Positions 1 to 10,001 of a stretch of DNA of 64,000 bases are shown piece by piece; within the stretch, counting starts at the first letter, position 1, and every line of letters begins with the position of its first letter. The stretch lies in assembly GCA_913058265.1 (NCBI GenBank), contig CAJXPQ010000007.1, positions 113,933 to 177,932 of the forward strand. Direction: 5' to 3'. The notes beneath the pieces are model-generated. The model made no database searches, was not told the DNA's origin, and saw only the letters and a program-made list of their open reading frames with translations. A program made the position numbers and the translations under genes. The stretch comes from an uncultured Oligoflexia bacterium. GTDB lineage: Bacteria > Bdellovibrionota > Bacteriovoracia > Bacteriovoracales > Bacteriovoracaceae.

Positions 1-2582
1 TTGTACTCCTCAATATAAGCCTTGGCCTTTACTTTTAACGACTTATAGTCGACGTTCTTTTCTGAAAATAATGACTCGATAAAAAGATACTCTGCTCTCG
101 CTAAAATGTTCTTTAATTGCTTATTATCTTCTCTTCGTAAATCTCCAGCTATAGCAAGAACATTTTTTCTGAATTTTGCTGGTTTTGCTGTTTCATAAAG
201 CGACTCTAAATAATACTTCACTAATAATCGACTTTGCTCTGGTGATAATGAATTGTTTCTATTGGGAGTAACAAGAATAGACTCGAAACTCGTTACACTA
301 GAATTATATTCCTTCATTTGATAGGCAACAAGTCCTTTGTAAAATTTATAGTTTATATTAGAGTTCTTTTTATTCTGGTCAAGAAAAGTCCCTAGCCCCT
401 TATAATCTTTCTCTTGAAGGAACTTATTAAGTCTAAGCTCTAGCATTAGATCTTTTACCGCAATACTCTTATGAGGCTTTATCCATAATGGAAATGTTCT
501 CTTATATCCATCTTTCAGCTTGGCCATCTTTTCAAATGAGCGTTGAAATGATTTATATAGCGATAATTTGATATAGCTATCACTAACAAGAAAATGTACA
601 TAAGGATTCGATAGAACCTTATCTTCATATTTATTTTTGTATAGTTCCCATATTTTAACAGCTCGAGAGTACTCTTTATTTAAGTAAGCAGCTTGAATAA
701 CACCGAGAACAACTTCAGCTCCATCAGCATAGAATGACCTTTGATCAACTCGTCTCAAATTCTCTATGGGAAGTGCTGATAAGTAAGCTAATGCCTCTTC
801 GTGCTTGCCAGTGACAATCATCGACCTTAATCTTGTAAGCCATAATAATTTTCGCAAGCTAGGTGTAACGAAATTCTTCTCTGCTTCTGTTAAATTTAGA
901 AATGATATTGTTTCTTTATCTAAATTACTTATATTTTTATTTCTATTTACACGTAAGCCAACATATCGAATTTTAGCCTCAACTCTCGCCTCTAAATTAC
1001 TCGATTTATTTATAGCTGTTTCATAAAGCTTAATGACTTCCTTGTAAGGCTTATCTAATAAGTCATAACTTAATGCCATTCTCACTCTTGCATAAGAACT
1101 TTCTTTTAAATATGAGTAGCTAGATAAGAAGCGATCATAAAACTGTAACGCTTTCTTATACTTTGCTTCTCTAAAGTATGATTCTGCAGTATTAAAGATT
1201 ATTGATGGGTGAACAGGTTTAGAAAGTGACTTTTCTTCGACCTTATACCTAGCGATCATATCACTTGTCTTATTGTTCTCAACTTGAACATATGAAATAT
1301 AAGCTAATCCTTCTTGCTTTGGTAAAACCCTTAAGACGGCCTTATTACCTAAGAATGACTTCACTTTACCAAGCTGTCTCAAATTTGTAAGACTATTTAA
1401 AATAACTCTTGAACTATACACGATCATATCATCGTCAAAGTCTCCAGTTGATTTCACATAAAGTCGCTTAGCATAATCTAGAGCTTGGATATAGTCTTCT
1501 TCGTCCCTGCTGTGTTGAATAAGATATCTTAATATAGCTTTATTGAGCTCATAGTCTTTTGATAGATCAAGAACATTACTTAATATATTTCTTGCTGAAG
1601 CTTGTATGCCTTTCTTAGAAAAATCGTCTGCTGCAACGATCTCTCCGTTCTCATCAATTTTACTCAAATATTTTGGCTTTAAGTCTTCTTTTAATACATT
1701 TTTAAGCATTGATACTGCTTTCATATAGTCGTTTAAGTATCTATTTGAATCAGTCTTCCCATATTTATTCTCATAAATGCCAATAGACTTTGTCATTAGT
1801 CCCCACTTCTTTTTATTATAGAAGTTGATCGTTAACTGCATATGAGATTCTTTTTTATCTTCTAAGTATTCTCTATCTTTTATCTTAAAGAAGTAATCTG
1901 GTGTTTTCTCTTTTAAGCTTAGATCTCTTTCTAGTGGTGGTATTAATGCTTTATAGTCCCAAATAAATGCCCCGCCATATCTAAAGTCTCGAAATCCTTT
2001 ACCTGTAACAACACCGCTTATCTTGTCTGCATCTATAATGTTAAATTTCTCGCCTCGCTTAGGAGCAAGTAAAGTTCCAGGCTTTGCTGACACTTTTGAG
2101 CGATTTTTTACTTTTTTCTTTCTTGTATTAAGTGGTGCTATTTTTATTTTTTTTGGTTTTGCCGATAATGCCGAAGATTTTGTTTTCACTATATCTTGAT
2201 TAATCCAAAAATCTAATACATATTTCTTCGTTTTACTTTCATAAAAACTAAACAACTCAATAGAGTTATTCTTTAAATTTAATTCTAATTTAAAAGGTGA
2301 TCCCGAAACTTTTGGTTTAGTAAAAATATATTTATCATGGTATTTCTTATTTAAATTTAGTTTAGCGAAGTCTTCAGCAAAGCTCTCAAAGAAGTCTGCA
2401 TCGAGGCTTTGGATGAATATGCTATTTCCTTTTTTAGAAATATTCACTTGATCTTTGGAGGATTCAATCTTCCATCGTAAATGTGTTTTTTGATTTTCTT
2501 GTACAAGAACAGAGGCAGAAACTTCTACTACTGAAGCGACAATGAGCGAAATGAATGTCAAAACTTTGAATACTGACTTCAT
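1..2582 (-). CDS. Large secreted helical-repeat (TPR-like) protein; the C-terminus runs off the window and the ORF is absent from the track
   Basis: Hand translation of the minus strand gives ATG at 2582-2580, then MKSVFKVLTFISLIVASVVEVSA (signal peptide). I spot-checked the frame at 3-59 and 2100-2198 and found no in-frame stops; the last codons read ...KAYIEEY. The lack of any other minus-strand ORF of 60 aa or more in 1-2770 supports one long open frame. A Lys-rich linker (KPKKIKIAPLNTRKKKVKNRSK) is followed by long Y/L/K-rich helical repeats. The first ~100 mature residues weakly resemble an AMIN-type beta domain. Confidence 0.6.
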   Translation of the reverse strand, partial: MKSVFKVLTFISLIVASVVEVSASVLVQENQKTHLRWKIESSKDQVNISKKGNSIFIQSLDADFFESFAEDFAKLNLNKKYHDKYIFTKPKVSGSPFKLELNLKNNSIELFSFYESKTKKYVLDFWINQDIVKTKSSALSAKPKKIKIAPLNTRKKKVKNRSKVSAKPGTLLAPKRGEKFNIIDADKISGVVTGKGFRDFRYGGAFIWDYKALIPPLERDLSLKEKTPDYFFKIKDREYLEDKKESHMQLTINFYNKKKWGLMTKSIGIYENKYGKTDSNRYLNDYMKAVSMLKNVLKEDLKPKYLSKIDENGEIVAADDFSKKGIQASARNILSNVLDLSKDYELNKAILRYLIQHSRDEEDYIQALDYAKRLYVKSTGDFDDDMIVYSSRVILNSLTNLRQLGKVKSFLGNKAVLRVLPKQEGLAYISYVQVENNKTSDMIARYKVEEKSLSKPVHPSIIFNTAESYFREAKYKKALQFYDRFLSSYSYLKESSYARVRMALSYDLLDKPYKEVIKLYETAINKSSNLEARVEAKIRYVGLRVNRNKNISNLDKETISFLNLTEAEKNFVTPSLRKLLWLTRLRSMIVTGKHEEALAYLSALPIENLRRVDQRSFYADGAEVVLGVIQAAYLNKEYSRAVKIWELYKNKYEDKVLSNPYVHFLVSDSYIKLSLYKSFQRSFEKMAKLKDGYKRTFPLWIKPHKSIAVKDLMLELRLNKFLQEKDYKGLGTFLDQNKKNSNINYKFYKGLVAYQMKEYNSSVTSFESILVTPNRNNSLSPEQSRLLVKYYLESLYETAKPAKFRKNVLAIAGDLRREDNKQLKNILARAEYLFIESLFSEKNVDYKSLKVKAKAYIEEY

Positions 2583-2770
2583 TAAATTAAACTTCCTGTT
2601 TTTATTTGCTATGGCCCAACATCCTATCAAACCACTACTTACAATTATTGTACTATATATTTGAGCTGATAAAAGGAAAATTTTACTCCTAGGCAATTTT
2701 TTTCCTGTCAAAGTTCAAACATCAACATAAAATGTTGATATCTTTAGTACTTGACATTTTCACACCACCT

Positions 2771-3499
2771 CTAAAGAACTCTTACTTTTTCATCGAATAC
2801 ACCTGAAAGAATATCAAGTATGGGTTCATCTCTATTAATTTCTACAATTCTATTACTTTTATAATTTTGCAAAGCAAAACTACCATTATAGAGAATTAGG
2901 TTTAAATCTCTTAAAGGAATATACCAGTCGTAAAGAAAACCATCGACTTTATTTTGGTATCTAATCTTTACTGAGTAACTTGTTGGGTCATTGGAAAAGT
3001 ACCAATCTGCGAAGTGAGTCGTATTCATCGGAGTAATTTTATTAGATATTTGGTACTTTATAATAAATTCGCTATGCCGTGGAAGTGATGTAGGAATCTC
3101 TCCTACTGGAACACAGAAATGAGGAAAGCTATTTAAATAATTTAAAACATCTCCGTGAGATTCACAAACATATAGATAGATCTCATGCTCGTTTGAATAG
3201 TTTACAAGGTCTCTTAGCACTTTATTAAATACTTTTCCCTTGGGAAAATACAAATAGTAAGCATAAGCAAGTGGGAGCGATATTTCTCCTAGATCTGCAT
3301 GAATTAAATCTTCAGGCTTTTTTAGCATAGATTTAGAATGTAAAACTCTATCAGCGACAAACTCAATCCCAATACAGTTATTTTTCCCTAGTGCCTGAGA
3401 CAAGAAGACGCCTCTGCCATATCCGGCTCCCAAATCTACGAGAATCTCTCCATCAGGGATTTCCTCAAGCATATTCAAGTAATCCAGGTAAGAAGTCAT
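2771..3499 (-). CDS. Class I SAM-dependent methyltransferase-like protein with an unassigned C-terminal half
   Basis: LVDLGAGYGRG matches SAM-binding motif I near the N-terminus, followed by the acidic motif-II-like IGIEF. The C-terminal ~130 aa has no motif I recognise. Confidence 0.55.
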   Translation of the reverse strand: MTSYLDYLNMLEEIPDGEILVDLGAGYGRGVFLSQALGKNNCIGIEFVADRVLHSKSMLKKPEDLIHADLGEISLPLAYAYYLYFPKGKVFNKVLRDLVNYSNEHEIYLYVCESHGDVLNYLNSFPHFCVPVGEIPTSLPRHSEFIIKYQISNKITPMNTTHFADWYFSNDPTSYSVKIRYQNKVDGFLYDWYIPLRDLNLILYNGSFALQNYKSNRIVEINRDEPILDILSGVFDEKVRVL

Positions 3500-3563
3500 T
3501 AAGGCTTCTGATTCAAGCCCAATATAAGCATCGGAAGTGCCGCTTACGATTTTTTGTTCATTT

Positions 3564-3599
3564 AAATGAAAAGGGCCCAGAAAATTTTATCCAGGCCCT
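3564..3599 (-). terminator. Rho-independent terminator downstream of the sigma54 activator gene
   Basis: On the minus strand, AGGGCCUGGA-UAAAAUUU-UCUGGGCCCU forms a 10-bp stem (two G-U pairs) followed by UUUCAUUU. Confidence 0.6.
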
Positions 3600-3629
3600 T
3601 ATCCATTTCTATAATTAAATCTGTATTCA

Positions 3630-5171
3630 TTAAGTATGTAGAGACTTCTTCTTCATTTTTTCAATAAGAGTTGTCCTATTTAAATTTAAAAGCTTAGAAG
3701 CCTGATTCTTATTTCCTTCAGTAAAGCCTAGTGCTTGTAAAATCAAAGAGTCTTCGATATCAGACAAGACTTTCTTTAGGTCCACGCCATCTTTAGGTAG
3801 TTCAAAGATTTGCTTGTAATGGTCTGTCGCCAGAGGATTATGTCTATATATTTTAGCAGGAAGATCTTCTGGAAGAATTTCATTCCCTCCCCTTAAAATA
3901 ATTAATCTTTCAATAATATTTTCTAATTCTCGAACATTTCCTGGCCAGTCATAGTTAAGTAACATTTTTAGCGTTTCATTTGAAAAGCGAATCTCGTTTG
4001 AGCCGTCTGCTGATACAAAACGATTAACAAAATAAGAAAGTAATAAAGGTATATCTTCCTTTCTATCCTTAAGAGCAGGAATCTTGATAGGAATTACATT
4101 TAATCTATAATAAAGATCTTCTCTAAATGTATTCTCACTAACCATTAACTCAATATCTCTATGAGTAGCTGCAATGACTCTTGTATCAATATTTAATGTC
4201 TCATTAGACCCAATAGGCTCAATTGTTTTATTCTGTAGAACTCTTAAGAGTTTTACTTGTAAAAGTTGTGGCATGTCCCCAATTTCATCTAGAAAAATTG
4301 AACCGTTATTAGCTTGTTCAAATCTTCCTTTTCTATTGGATATGGCACCAGTAAAAGATCCTTTTGTATGACCAAAAAGTTCACTCTCTAAAAGCTCACC
4401 TGGGATTGCTCCACAATTAACCGAAACTTGATTAAATTTAGCTCTACTTGATAAATTGTGAATCGCGTTCGCAACCAACTCTTTTCCTGTCCCTGACGGG
4501 CCGGTAATAAAGACAGTTGACTCTGTTAAAGCGACTTTCTCGATACGCTCAAAGATATCCTTCATAGCTTGGGAGCGACCAATCATTCCACAAAAGAAAT
4601 CTTCTTCCTTTGGTGACTCTAGCCTTAGCTCTTTATTTTTACTTTTAGATGAGCCTGTCTTTGACTGTCTCATTTTGATCAAGCTTGTTTTAACTCCAAG
4701 CTTATTGCTAATCGCTTCAAGGACTAAGGTTTGCAAATTATCAAGCTCAAACGGTTTTGTTAGGTAGTGGTAAACACCTTTCTTAGTAGCAGCGATCGCC
4801 GTTTCAATTGAGGCAAATCCAGTCATTGCTATAGATACAAAATTAAATTTCTTTTCTTTTAAATTATCAATAAGAAGTAGCCCGTCTCCGCCGTGCTCTA
4901 GGCTTATATCTGTAATTAAACAGAAGGGTGACTTCACATTTGGCATATTTAATAAGTAGCTTAGACAATCCATCGAGTTCTCAAAGAGCTCGATTTCACA
5001 GTTAAGTGTTTTCATCAAATATTTCTTTAGGCTTAATCCGAAGATCTTATCATCTTCAACAATAATAATTTTGGGGTTCAGCCCAAAACCTTCTAATTCG
5101 TCATATTCACTTGACTCACTTCCTTTTGAATCTGGTTGGTATGACTGGTGTAAAAAGTTTAAATCATCCAT
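3630..5171 (-). CDS. Sigma54-dependent response regulator / transcriptional activator (NtrC family)
   Basis: There is an N-terminal receiver-like domain, then an AAA+ core with Walker A GPSGTGKE, the GAFTGA-loop variant ESELFGHTKGSFTGA and Walker B IFLDEIG. A C-terminal Fis-type HTH is present (NKNQASKLLNLNRTTLIEKMKK). Confidence 0.9.
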   Translation of the reverse strand: MDDLNFLHQSYQPDSKGSESSEYDELEGFGLNPKIIIVEDDKIFGLSLKKYLMKTLNCEIELFENSMDCLSYLLNMPNVKSPFCLITDISLEHGGDGLLLIDNLKEKKFNFVSIAMTGFASIETAIAATKKGVYHYLTKPFELDNLQTLVLEAISNKLGVKTSLIKMRQSKTGSSKSKNKELRLESPKEEDFFCGMIGRSQAMKDIFERIEKVALTESTVFITGPSGTGKELVANAIHNLSSRAKFNQVSVNCGAIPGELLESELFGHTKGSFTGAISNRKGRFEQANNGSIFLDEIGDMPQLLQVKLLRVLQNKTIEPIGSNETLNIDTRVIAATHRDIELMVSENTFREDLYYRLNVIPIKIPALKDRKEDIPLLLSYFVNRFVSADGSNEIRFSNETLKMLLNYDWPGNVRELENIIERLIILRGGNEILPEDLPAKIYRHNPLATDHYKQIFELPKDGVDLKKVLSDIEDSLILQALGFTEGNKNQASKLLNLNRTTLIEKMKKKSLHT

Positions 5172-5201
5172 AAACTACTCCTATTCTGTCTCTCGATTAA
5201 A

Positions 5202-5230
5202 ATGCTAGCTAACATCTGGAGTGGTGTCAA
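5202..5230 (-). promoter_or_regulatory. Candidate sigma70 promoter of the NtrC-family gene
   Basis: The minus strand reads TTGACA (5230-5225), a 17-nt spacer, then TAGCAT (5207-5202). An AGGAG Shine-Dalgarno sequence sits upstream of the ATG at 5171. Confidence 0.35.
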
Positions 5231-5295
5231 TTTTCAGACATGCAGAAAAATCTATCACTATCTTACTTTCGGGTATGCTTTCATGCTAGGGAGGT

Positions 5296-5559
5296 TTATC
5301 TGGTATAAAACCAAACAATATCAATGAGAAACTGTACAGACTTCTCAGGTCCGCCTAAGTACCAGTAGAAACAGGTGAGAATGAAAGAGATGCTGGTAAA
5401 AATGACACAAACAATCATTCGTTTCTTTTTCTTTCTAAGCCAGAAGACATAAGAAAACTCTGCACTAATCATAAAAATGGGCAATGACCAGAACGGAGTA
5501 TAACGAGTTAAGAAGTAAATAGTATCCATATGAAAATATTGTAAAGGTGCCAGGACCAT
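5296..5559 (-). CDS. Small integral membrane protein, hypothetical
   Basis: This is an 87-aa ORF with an ATG start, three hydrophobic segments and a KKKKR loop. No family was recognised. Confidence 0.4.
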   Translation of the reverse strand: MVLAPLQYFHMDTIYFLTRYTPFWSLPIFMISAEFSYVFWLRKKKKRMIVCVIFTSISFILTCFYWYLGGPEKSVQFLIDIVWFYTR

Positions 5560-5608
5560 TTGCGTACTTACGCCGCGTTATTTTGATCCTAACATTTAGA
5601 TATAGTAA

Positions 5609-6772
5609 TTAAAATCTAGATTTTAGCTCTTCAAGATAAGTTAGGTTCTCCCAAGTAAATCCATTTGTACTTGTTCTACCAAAATGACCGTATGCAGCTG
5701 TTTCAGCATAAATTGGTCTTAATAAGTCTAAGCGGTGAACAATCGCCTTAGGTCTCATATCAAAAATATCATTCACCGCTTGAGTGATTTTTGCATCATC
5801 AACTTTATTTGTTCCAAAAGTATCAACTAGGAATGACATAGGCTTTGAAACTCCGATTGCATAAGCAACCTGAACTAGTGCTCTGTCGGCTAGGCCTGCA
5901 GCAACAACGTGCTTTGCAACTTGTCTTGCAGCGTAAGCCGCCGATCTATCAACTTTTGATGGATCCTTTCCAGAGAATGCTCCACCACCGTGAGCACCAT
6001 GACCACCGTAAGTATCAACGATTATCTTTCTACCCGTAAGCCCTACATCACCCATCGGCCCACCGATGACAAATTTTCCAGTTGGGTTAATATAAATATT
6101 TGTGTCGTTATCAATTAGTTTCGGATCTACAATTTTATTAATTACTTCTTCACGAATTCCTTCCTGAAGCTGCTTCTGTGTAATATCTTCTGCATGTTGA
6201 GTTGAAACAACAATTGCATCTAAACGTGTGATAACCCCATCAACATACTGTGCTGAAACTTGCGTTTTACCATCAGCTCTTAGACCAGGAAGCACTTCCT
6301 TATGTCTTACTTCCGCAAGCTTCTGTGCAAGTTTGTGAGATAGATCAACTGTAAGTGGCATATGAGACTCTGTTTCATTTACAGCATAACCAAACATCAA
6401 TCCCTGATCACCAGCTCCTTGATCTAAATCAACACCCTCACCGACATTTACACCAGCTGCGATATCAACAGATTGTTTATCAAGGGAAACGTTTACACCA
6501 CATGTGTTTGCATCAAAACCCTTATCAGAGTGATCATAACCAATCTTACGAACGGTCTCACGAGCAATTTCATGGTAATCAATATTAGCACCGGTCGTAA
6601 TTTCGCCAGCAATCTGAATTAATCCAGTTGTAATGAGAGTTTCACATGCAACTCTAGAGTTAGGATCCTGCTTAAAAAGCGCATCTAAGATTGAATCTGA
6701 AATTTGATCTGCAATCTTATCTGGGTGTCCCTCGGTAACTGATTCTGATGTAAAAATATAGTCTTTAAGCAC
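5609..6772 (-). CDS. metK: S-adenosylmethionine synthetase
   Basis: MetK signatures [25 protein letters not shown] and [19 protein letters not shown] are present. The track start at 6784 is TTG. The GTG at 6772 lies 6 nt after GGAG and gives the usual N-terminal length. Confidence 0.95.
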   Translation of the reverse strand: MLKDYIFTSESVTEGHPDKIADQISDSILDALFKQDPNSRVACETLITTGLIQIAGEITTGANIDYHEIARETVRKIGYDHSDKGFDANTCGVNVSLDKQSVDIAAGVNVGEGVDLDQGAGDQGLMFGYAVNETESHMPLTVDLSHKLAQKLAEVRHKEVLPGLRADGKTQVSAQYVDGVITRLDAIVVSTQHAEDITQKQLQEGIREEVINKIVDPKLIDNDTNIYINPTGKFVIGGPMGDVGLTGRKIIVDTYGGHGAHGGGAFSGKDPSKVDRSAAYAARQVAKHVVAAGLADRALVQVAYAIGVSKPMSFLVDTFGTNKVDDAKITQAVNDIFDMRPKAIVHRLDLLRPIYAETAAYGHFGRTSTNGFTWENLTYLEELKSRF

Positions 6773-6847
6773 GTTTAACTCCAATCAATATAAATAAATA
6801 ATACACTAGTGTGAATTTATACACTTTTATGCAAAGTTTAACAATTA

Positions 6848-8539
6848 TTATTTCTTAGAAAAATAAGCAAAAAGATGAGGGTTTCGATAATCAAAAAAGA
6901 CCGGTTTGCCTTTAATCCAACGCATTGAATAGGTCTTACCCTTAACTCTTACAACTGTGTATTCAAGCTTTCGAGCATCTAAAAAAGAATACAAGTACTG
7001 GTACTTGTCTGAAAGGTAGTACCTGGCCAGTTTACGTTGTCCTATAGACTCAAACCCCACCATTTCTGGCAGGCGAACGTAGTCAGTCCATACGGTCGAC
7101 ATATCAATTTTTCCAAGCATTGAAACTCGCGAGAAGTATCTAAATGCATTAAATGAGTTATTATGATTTTTCATCGCCTTAAGAGATAATTTAAGGTTAT
7201 CAGAACGTATTGATTTACCTCGAGGACTCATGTCGGGGCAAAATGTTTTAACGACAGCAGGTATATAATGATAAGTGAAAGAAAATTCTCCAATTTTAAA
7301 AAGTACGTTTAGCCATTTTTCTTTCGCTTTATCTACATCCTTAGAAATATAGTCATAAATCATTTGATCTTTTTCAAGTTCACTATAAAACTTGTCTTCA
7401 TAGCGGTTTAAAACTACCTCTGCAACACTTGTTCGCTCCAATCCAAACTTGCCATCAAGAACACCAACTTCATTAACTAAAATGGTTTCAAGACTAAACA
7501 GCGCCTTATGTAACTCGGACTTCTTCGCCCAAAAGTCATATACTTCTGCTTGTTTTTTATAAACGTATTCTTTCAATTTTTGAGAAGACTCATTTTCTTT
7601 TTTGACCAAGAAACGAGATTTATTTTTATTTTTAGTTTTGATAATTTCTTTATAAAATTCATAGTTGTTTTGAGTCCGATCTCTCCACTCTTCTAATCTT
7701 TGAATCTGAACTGCTCTTCCTCTATCAACAAGTCTCTCTAATCCACGTTCAATCCAGTCGAGATCATAGCGAACATTTTCAGAGATAAAATCTTTTTCCT
7801 TATGAATAGATAAGTAGAGAGTATCCAAAGTCGTTCGCAAATATTTATCAGGGCGAGTATGATTTTTATCATAAGCTCCATCCTCTAAGATTCTTCGTAA
7901 GAAAAAAGTATCGTTTGCCTTCCTCTTATTATATTCACCTTCCTTATCCTTGAAAGATTCATATTTTCTTCTATGTGCTAAATAATCGTTTGGAAAATTA
8001 TAACTTTTCAAGAAGAAGACTTGCTTCATAAATAAATCAAAATGCTTCTTTAGTCGAACCAACTCTTGATTAGATTCCACCATAATCTCTTTCTGCTTAT
8101 CTGCTCTGATTGATTGATGGTATTTCTTCTTTAATGATAAGAGGCGCTGAACAATCTTATCCAGCTCCACGTATAAAAGAGAAAAACGTGGATATTCTTT
8201 TTGTGACTTTAGCTTTGTAATTGTTCTTTCAATATAATTAATCTTTTTCCTAAAATGGTGAAGATTATTAATGATTGCTTTTCGATCAATATCATCCCCA
8301 AGTTTTGGTAAGTAAAATCCCTTTCCTCTATAGGCCCTCAAGAGCTTATAATACTCAGCTTCGACACCTGGGCGACACGAATTTTTAAAAAATTGACGAT
8401 GAACCTTCTCAAAGTCTTTAATCACTTTATAGATATTACCAGACCACTTAAGATGATCGTTATTCTTAGACTCTGCCTTTGCATGAACACTAAAAGCAAA
8501 AAAACTTATTAATAAAAGTTTAAGAAAGTTCAGTGACAA
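6848..8539 (-). CDS. Secreted protein; the C-terminal region (aa ~350-480) may be a SleB/CwlJ-like cell-wall hydrolase domain
   Basis: The signal peptide is MSLNFLKLLLISFFAFSVHA. The stretch NEVGVLDGKFGLERTSVAEVVLNRYED...FKIGEFSF resembles the Hydrolase_2 pattern (E...G...VA.VVLNR...QFS). Its start overlaps the mpl stop by 20 nt. Confidence 0.55.
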   Translation of the reverse strand: MSLNFLKLLLISFFAFSVHAKAESKNNDHLKWSGNIYKVIKDFEKVHRQFFKNSCRPGVEAEYYKLLRAYRGKGFYLPKLGDDIDRKAIINNLHHFRKKINYIERTITKLKSQKEYPRFSLLYVELDKIVQRLLSLKKKYHQSIRADKQKEIMVESNQELVRLKKHFDLFMKQVFFLKSYNFPNDYLAHRRKYESFKDKEGEYNKRKANDTFFLRRILEDGAYDKNHTRPDKYLRTTLDTLYLSIHKEKDFISENVRYDLDWIERGLERLVDRGRAVQIQRLEEWRDRTQNNYEFYKEIIKTKNKNKSRFLVKKENESSQKLKEYVYKKQAEVYDFWAKKSELHKALFSLETILVNEVGVLDGKFGLERTSVAEVVLNRYEDKFYSELEKDQMIYDYISKDVDKAKEKWLNVLFKIGEFSFTYHYIPAVVKTFCPDMSPRGKSIRSDNLKLSLKAMKNHNNSFNAFRYFSRVSMLGKIDMSTVWTDYVRLPEMVGFESIGQRKLARYYLSDKYQYLYSFLDARKLEYTVVRVKGKTYSMRWIKGKPVFFDYRNPHLFAYFSKK

Positions 8540-9956
8540 AGTCAGACTCCCATAAACCGAGGCATGTTCTATTACTTAAGATTAATAATAACGAAGTGTC
8601 ATTTACAGATGAATCAATCTTACTGACCAAATCTTCTAAGTTCTTAGCATTATATGCCGGAACGTCATTCTTCTTTAATTCCTCTACGATCAGATCGCAA
8701 TCTAAGTTAGAAGAGCTTTGTACTGTTGTTTGCAGTGGGTTTTGCGCCAAAATGACTTGATCTGACTTTTGTAAAGATATCATAAATTCATTTTGAAAGT
8801 GTGAACTACGTGCAGTCGCAGATATTGGCTCAAAAACAGTAATCACTCTTTTACCAGGATACTTTGCTTTGATTGCATCAAGAGTTAGAGTGATCGCCTT
8901 GGGATGATGTGCAAAGTCGTCTACAACTAGTGCCCCTTTATACTTTCCTCGTTCCTCTTGACGTCTCTTAACCATTCCAAGTTCTTTAACTGCAATCTTT
9001 AAATCTTCAGAGCTAAAACCTAGTTTATTTAAGAGAATTATACAGGAGCTAATATTAAGTATGTTGTGAACACCAACAATATTTGTTTCAAAAGAAACAT
9101 TTTCATCTTCAAGTTCTACAATAAAAGAACTTTTACCATTTTGAACTTGTATATCCGTCGGCCCAATATCGGATTTTTCTCCATAAAGAGTCCAAGTATT
9201 AGAGCGATACTCTTGGATCAATTCGAGAATCGCTGGGTAGTCATCATTAGCAAGAATCTCTCCAGTGAACTCAGGAAGAATGGCCCGAAATTCATCTTTA
9301 ATACTTTCAATATTATTAAAAATATCTGCATGATCAAACTCGAGAGATGTCAGGATCATATGGTTAAGTTCATAAAGTCTAAATTTAGAAATTTTTTGAA
9401 AGTAGGCACTATCATATTCATCGGATTCAATGACAAAGTACTTACTTTTACCATAACGTGAAGGTGGTCTATCGTTTATAATGCCACCAATAAAGTAACC
9501 GGTATCTTCGCCTAGACTCTCAAGCATTTGAGCAATAAAGTAAGTACTTGTTGTTTTTCCATGAGTTCCGGCCAGTCCAATGACCTCTTTATCCTTAAGG
9601 ATAAATTCACCTAAAAAACTTGGAAAAGAAGTAAAGGGAACTCCACTCTCTTCTACAAATTTTGCATACTCACTATTTCTTGGAACAGAGTTTCCAACGA
9701 CAATAAGATCAAACTCTTGCAATTGAACGTGAGTGAGATCATTTAAACTGAATAGAGGTATTTCTAGTGATTCAAGATAGGTACTCATAGGTGGAGAATA
9801 TGTCATGTCTGCACCGGATATCTCATATCCGGCTTCTTTCGCTAAACAAGCACAGGCACCCATTCCAGTTCCACATATTCTATAGAAGAAGATTTTTTTT
9901 ATATTATCTTTATATTTTGAGAGATCCTCTCCCACAATCATCTTATCTAAGTTCAT
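8520..9956 (-). CDS. mpl: UDP-N-acetylmuramate:L-Ala-gamma-D-Glu-meso-DAP ligase (murein peptide ligase)
   Basis: The N-terminus GTGMGACACLAKEAGYEISGADMTYSPPMS matches the Mpl-type YPPMS context. The Mur-ligase P-loop GTHGKTTST is present. A MurC paralogue cannot be fully excluded. Confidence 0.75.
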   Translation of the reverse strand: MNLDKMIVGEDLSKYKDNIKKIFFYRICGTGMGACACLAKEAGYEISGADMTYSPPMSTYLESLEIPLFSLNDLTHVQLQEFDLIVVGNSVPRNSEYAKFVEESGVPFTSFPSFLGEFILKDKEVIGLAGTHGKTTSTYFIAQMLESLGEDTGYFIGGIINDRPPSRYGKSKYFVIESDEYDSAYFQKISKFRLYELNHMILTSLEFDHADIFNNIESIKDEFRAILPEFTGEILANDDYPAILELIQEYRSNTWTLYGEKSDIGPTDIQVQNGKSSFIVELEDENVSFETNIVGVHNILNISSCIILLNKLGFSSEDLKIAVKELGMVKRRQEERGKYKGALVVDDFAHHPKAITLTLDAIKAKYPGKRVITVFEPISATARSSHFQNEFMISLQKSDQVILAQNPLQTTVQSSSNLDCDLIVEELKKNDVPAYNAKNLEDLVSKIDSSVNDTSLLLILSNRTCLGLWESDFVTELS

Positions 9957-10001
9957 TCGAAATCCTTTTCCGATGTCCTTATGATAATTGAGAATTAGGT
10001 T

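Noticed and set aside
805-1026. 73-aa plus-strand ORF from the track
   Set aside because: It lies entirely antisense to the long uninterrupted minus-strand CDS (1..2582). It has low-complexity hydrophobic content and no Shine-Dalgarno sequence.
6773-6847. Possible SAM riboswitch or leader upstream of metK
   Set aside because: The spacer is only ~75 nt and very AT-rich. It has just a short AGTGT/ACACT repeat, which is too small for any SAM riboswitch class.
9066-9461. 131-aa plus-strand ORF
   Set aside because: It is antisense within mpl, and the AT-rich codons give an I/F/N/K-rich pseudo-protein. The other embedded track ORFs are judged the same way, for example 4174..4371, 5845..6039, 6355..6588, 12576..12955, 29886..30257, 35784..36083 and 59123..59368.
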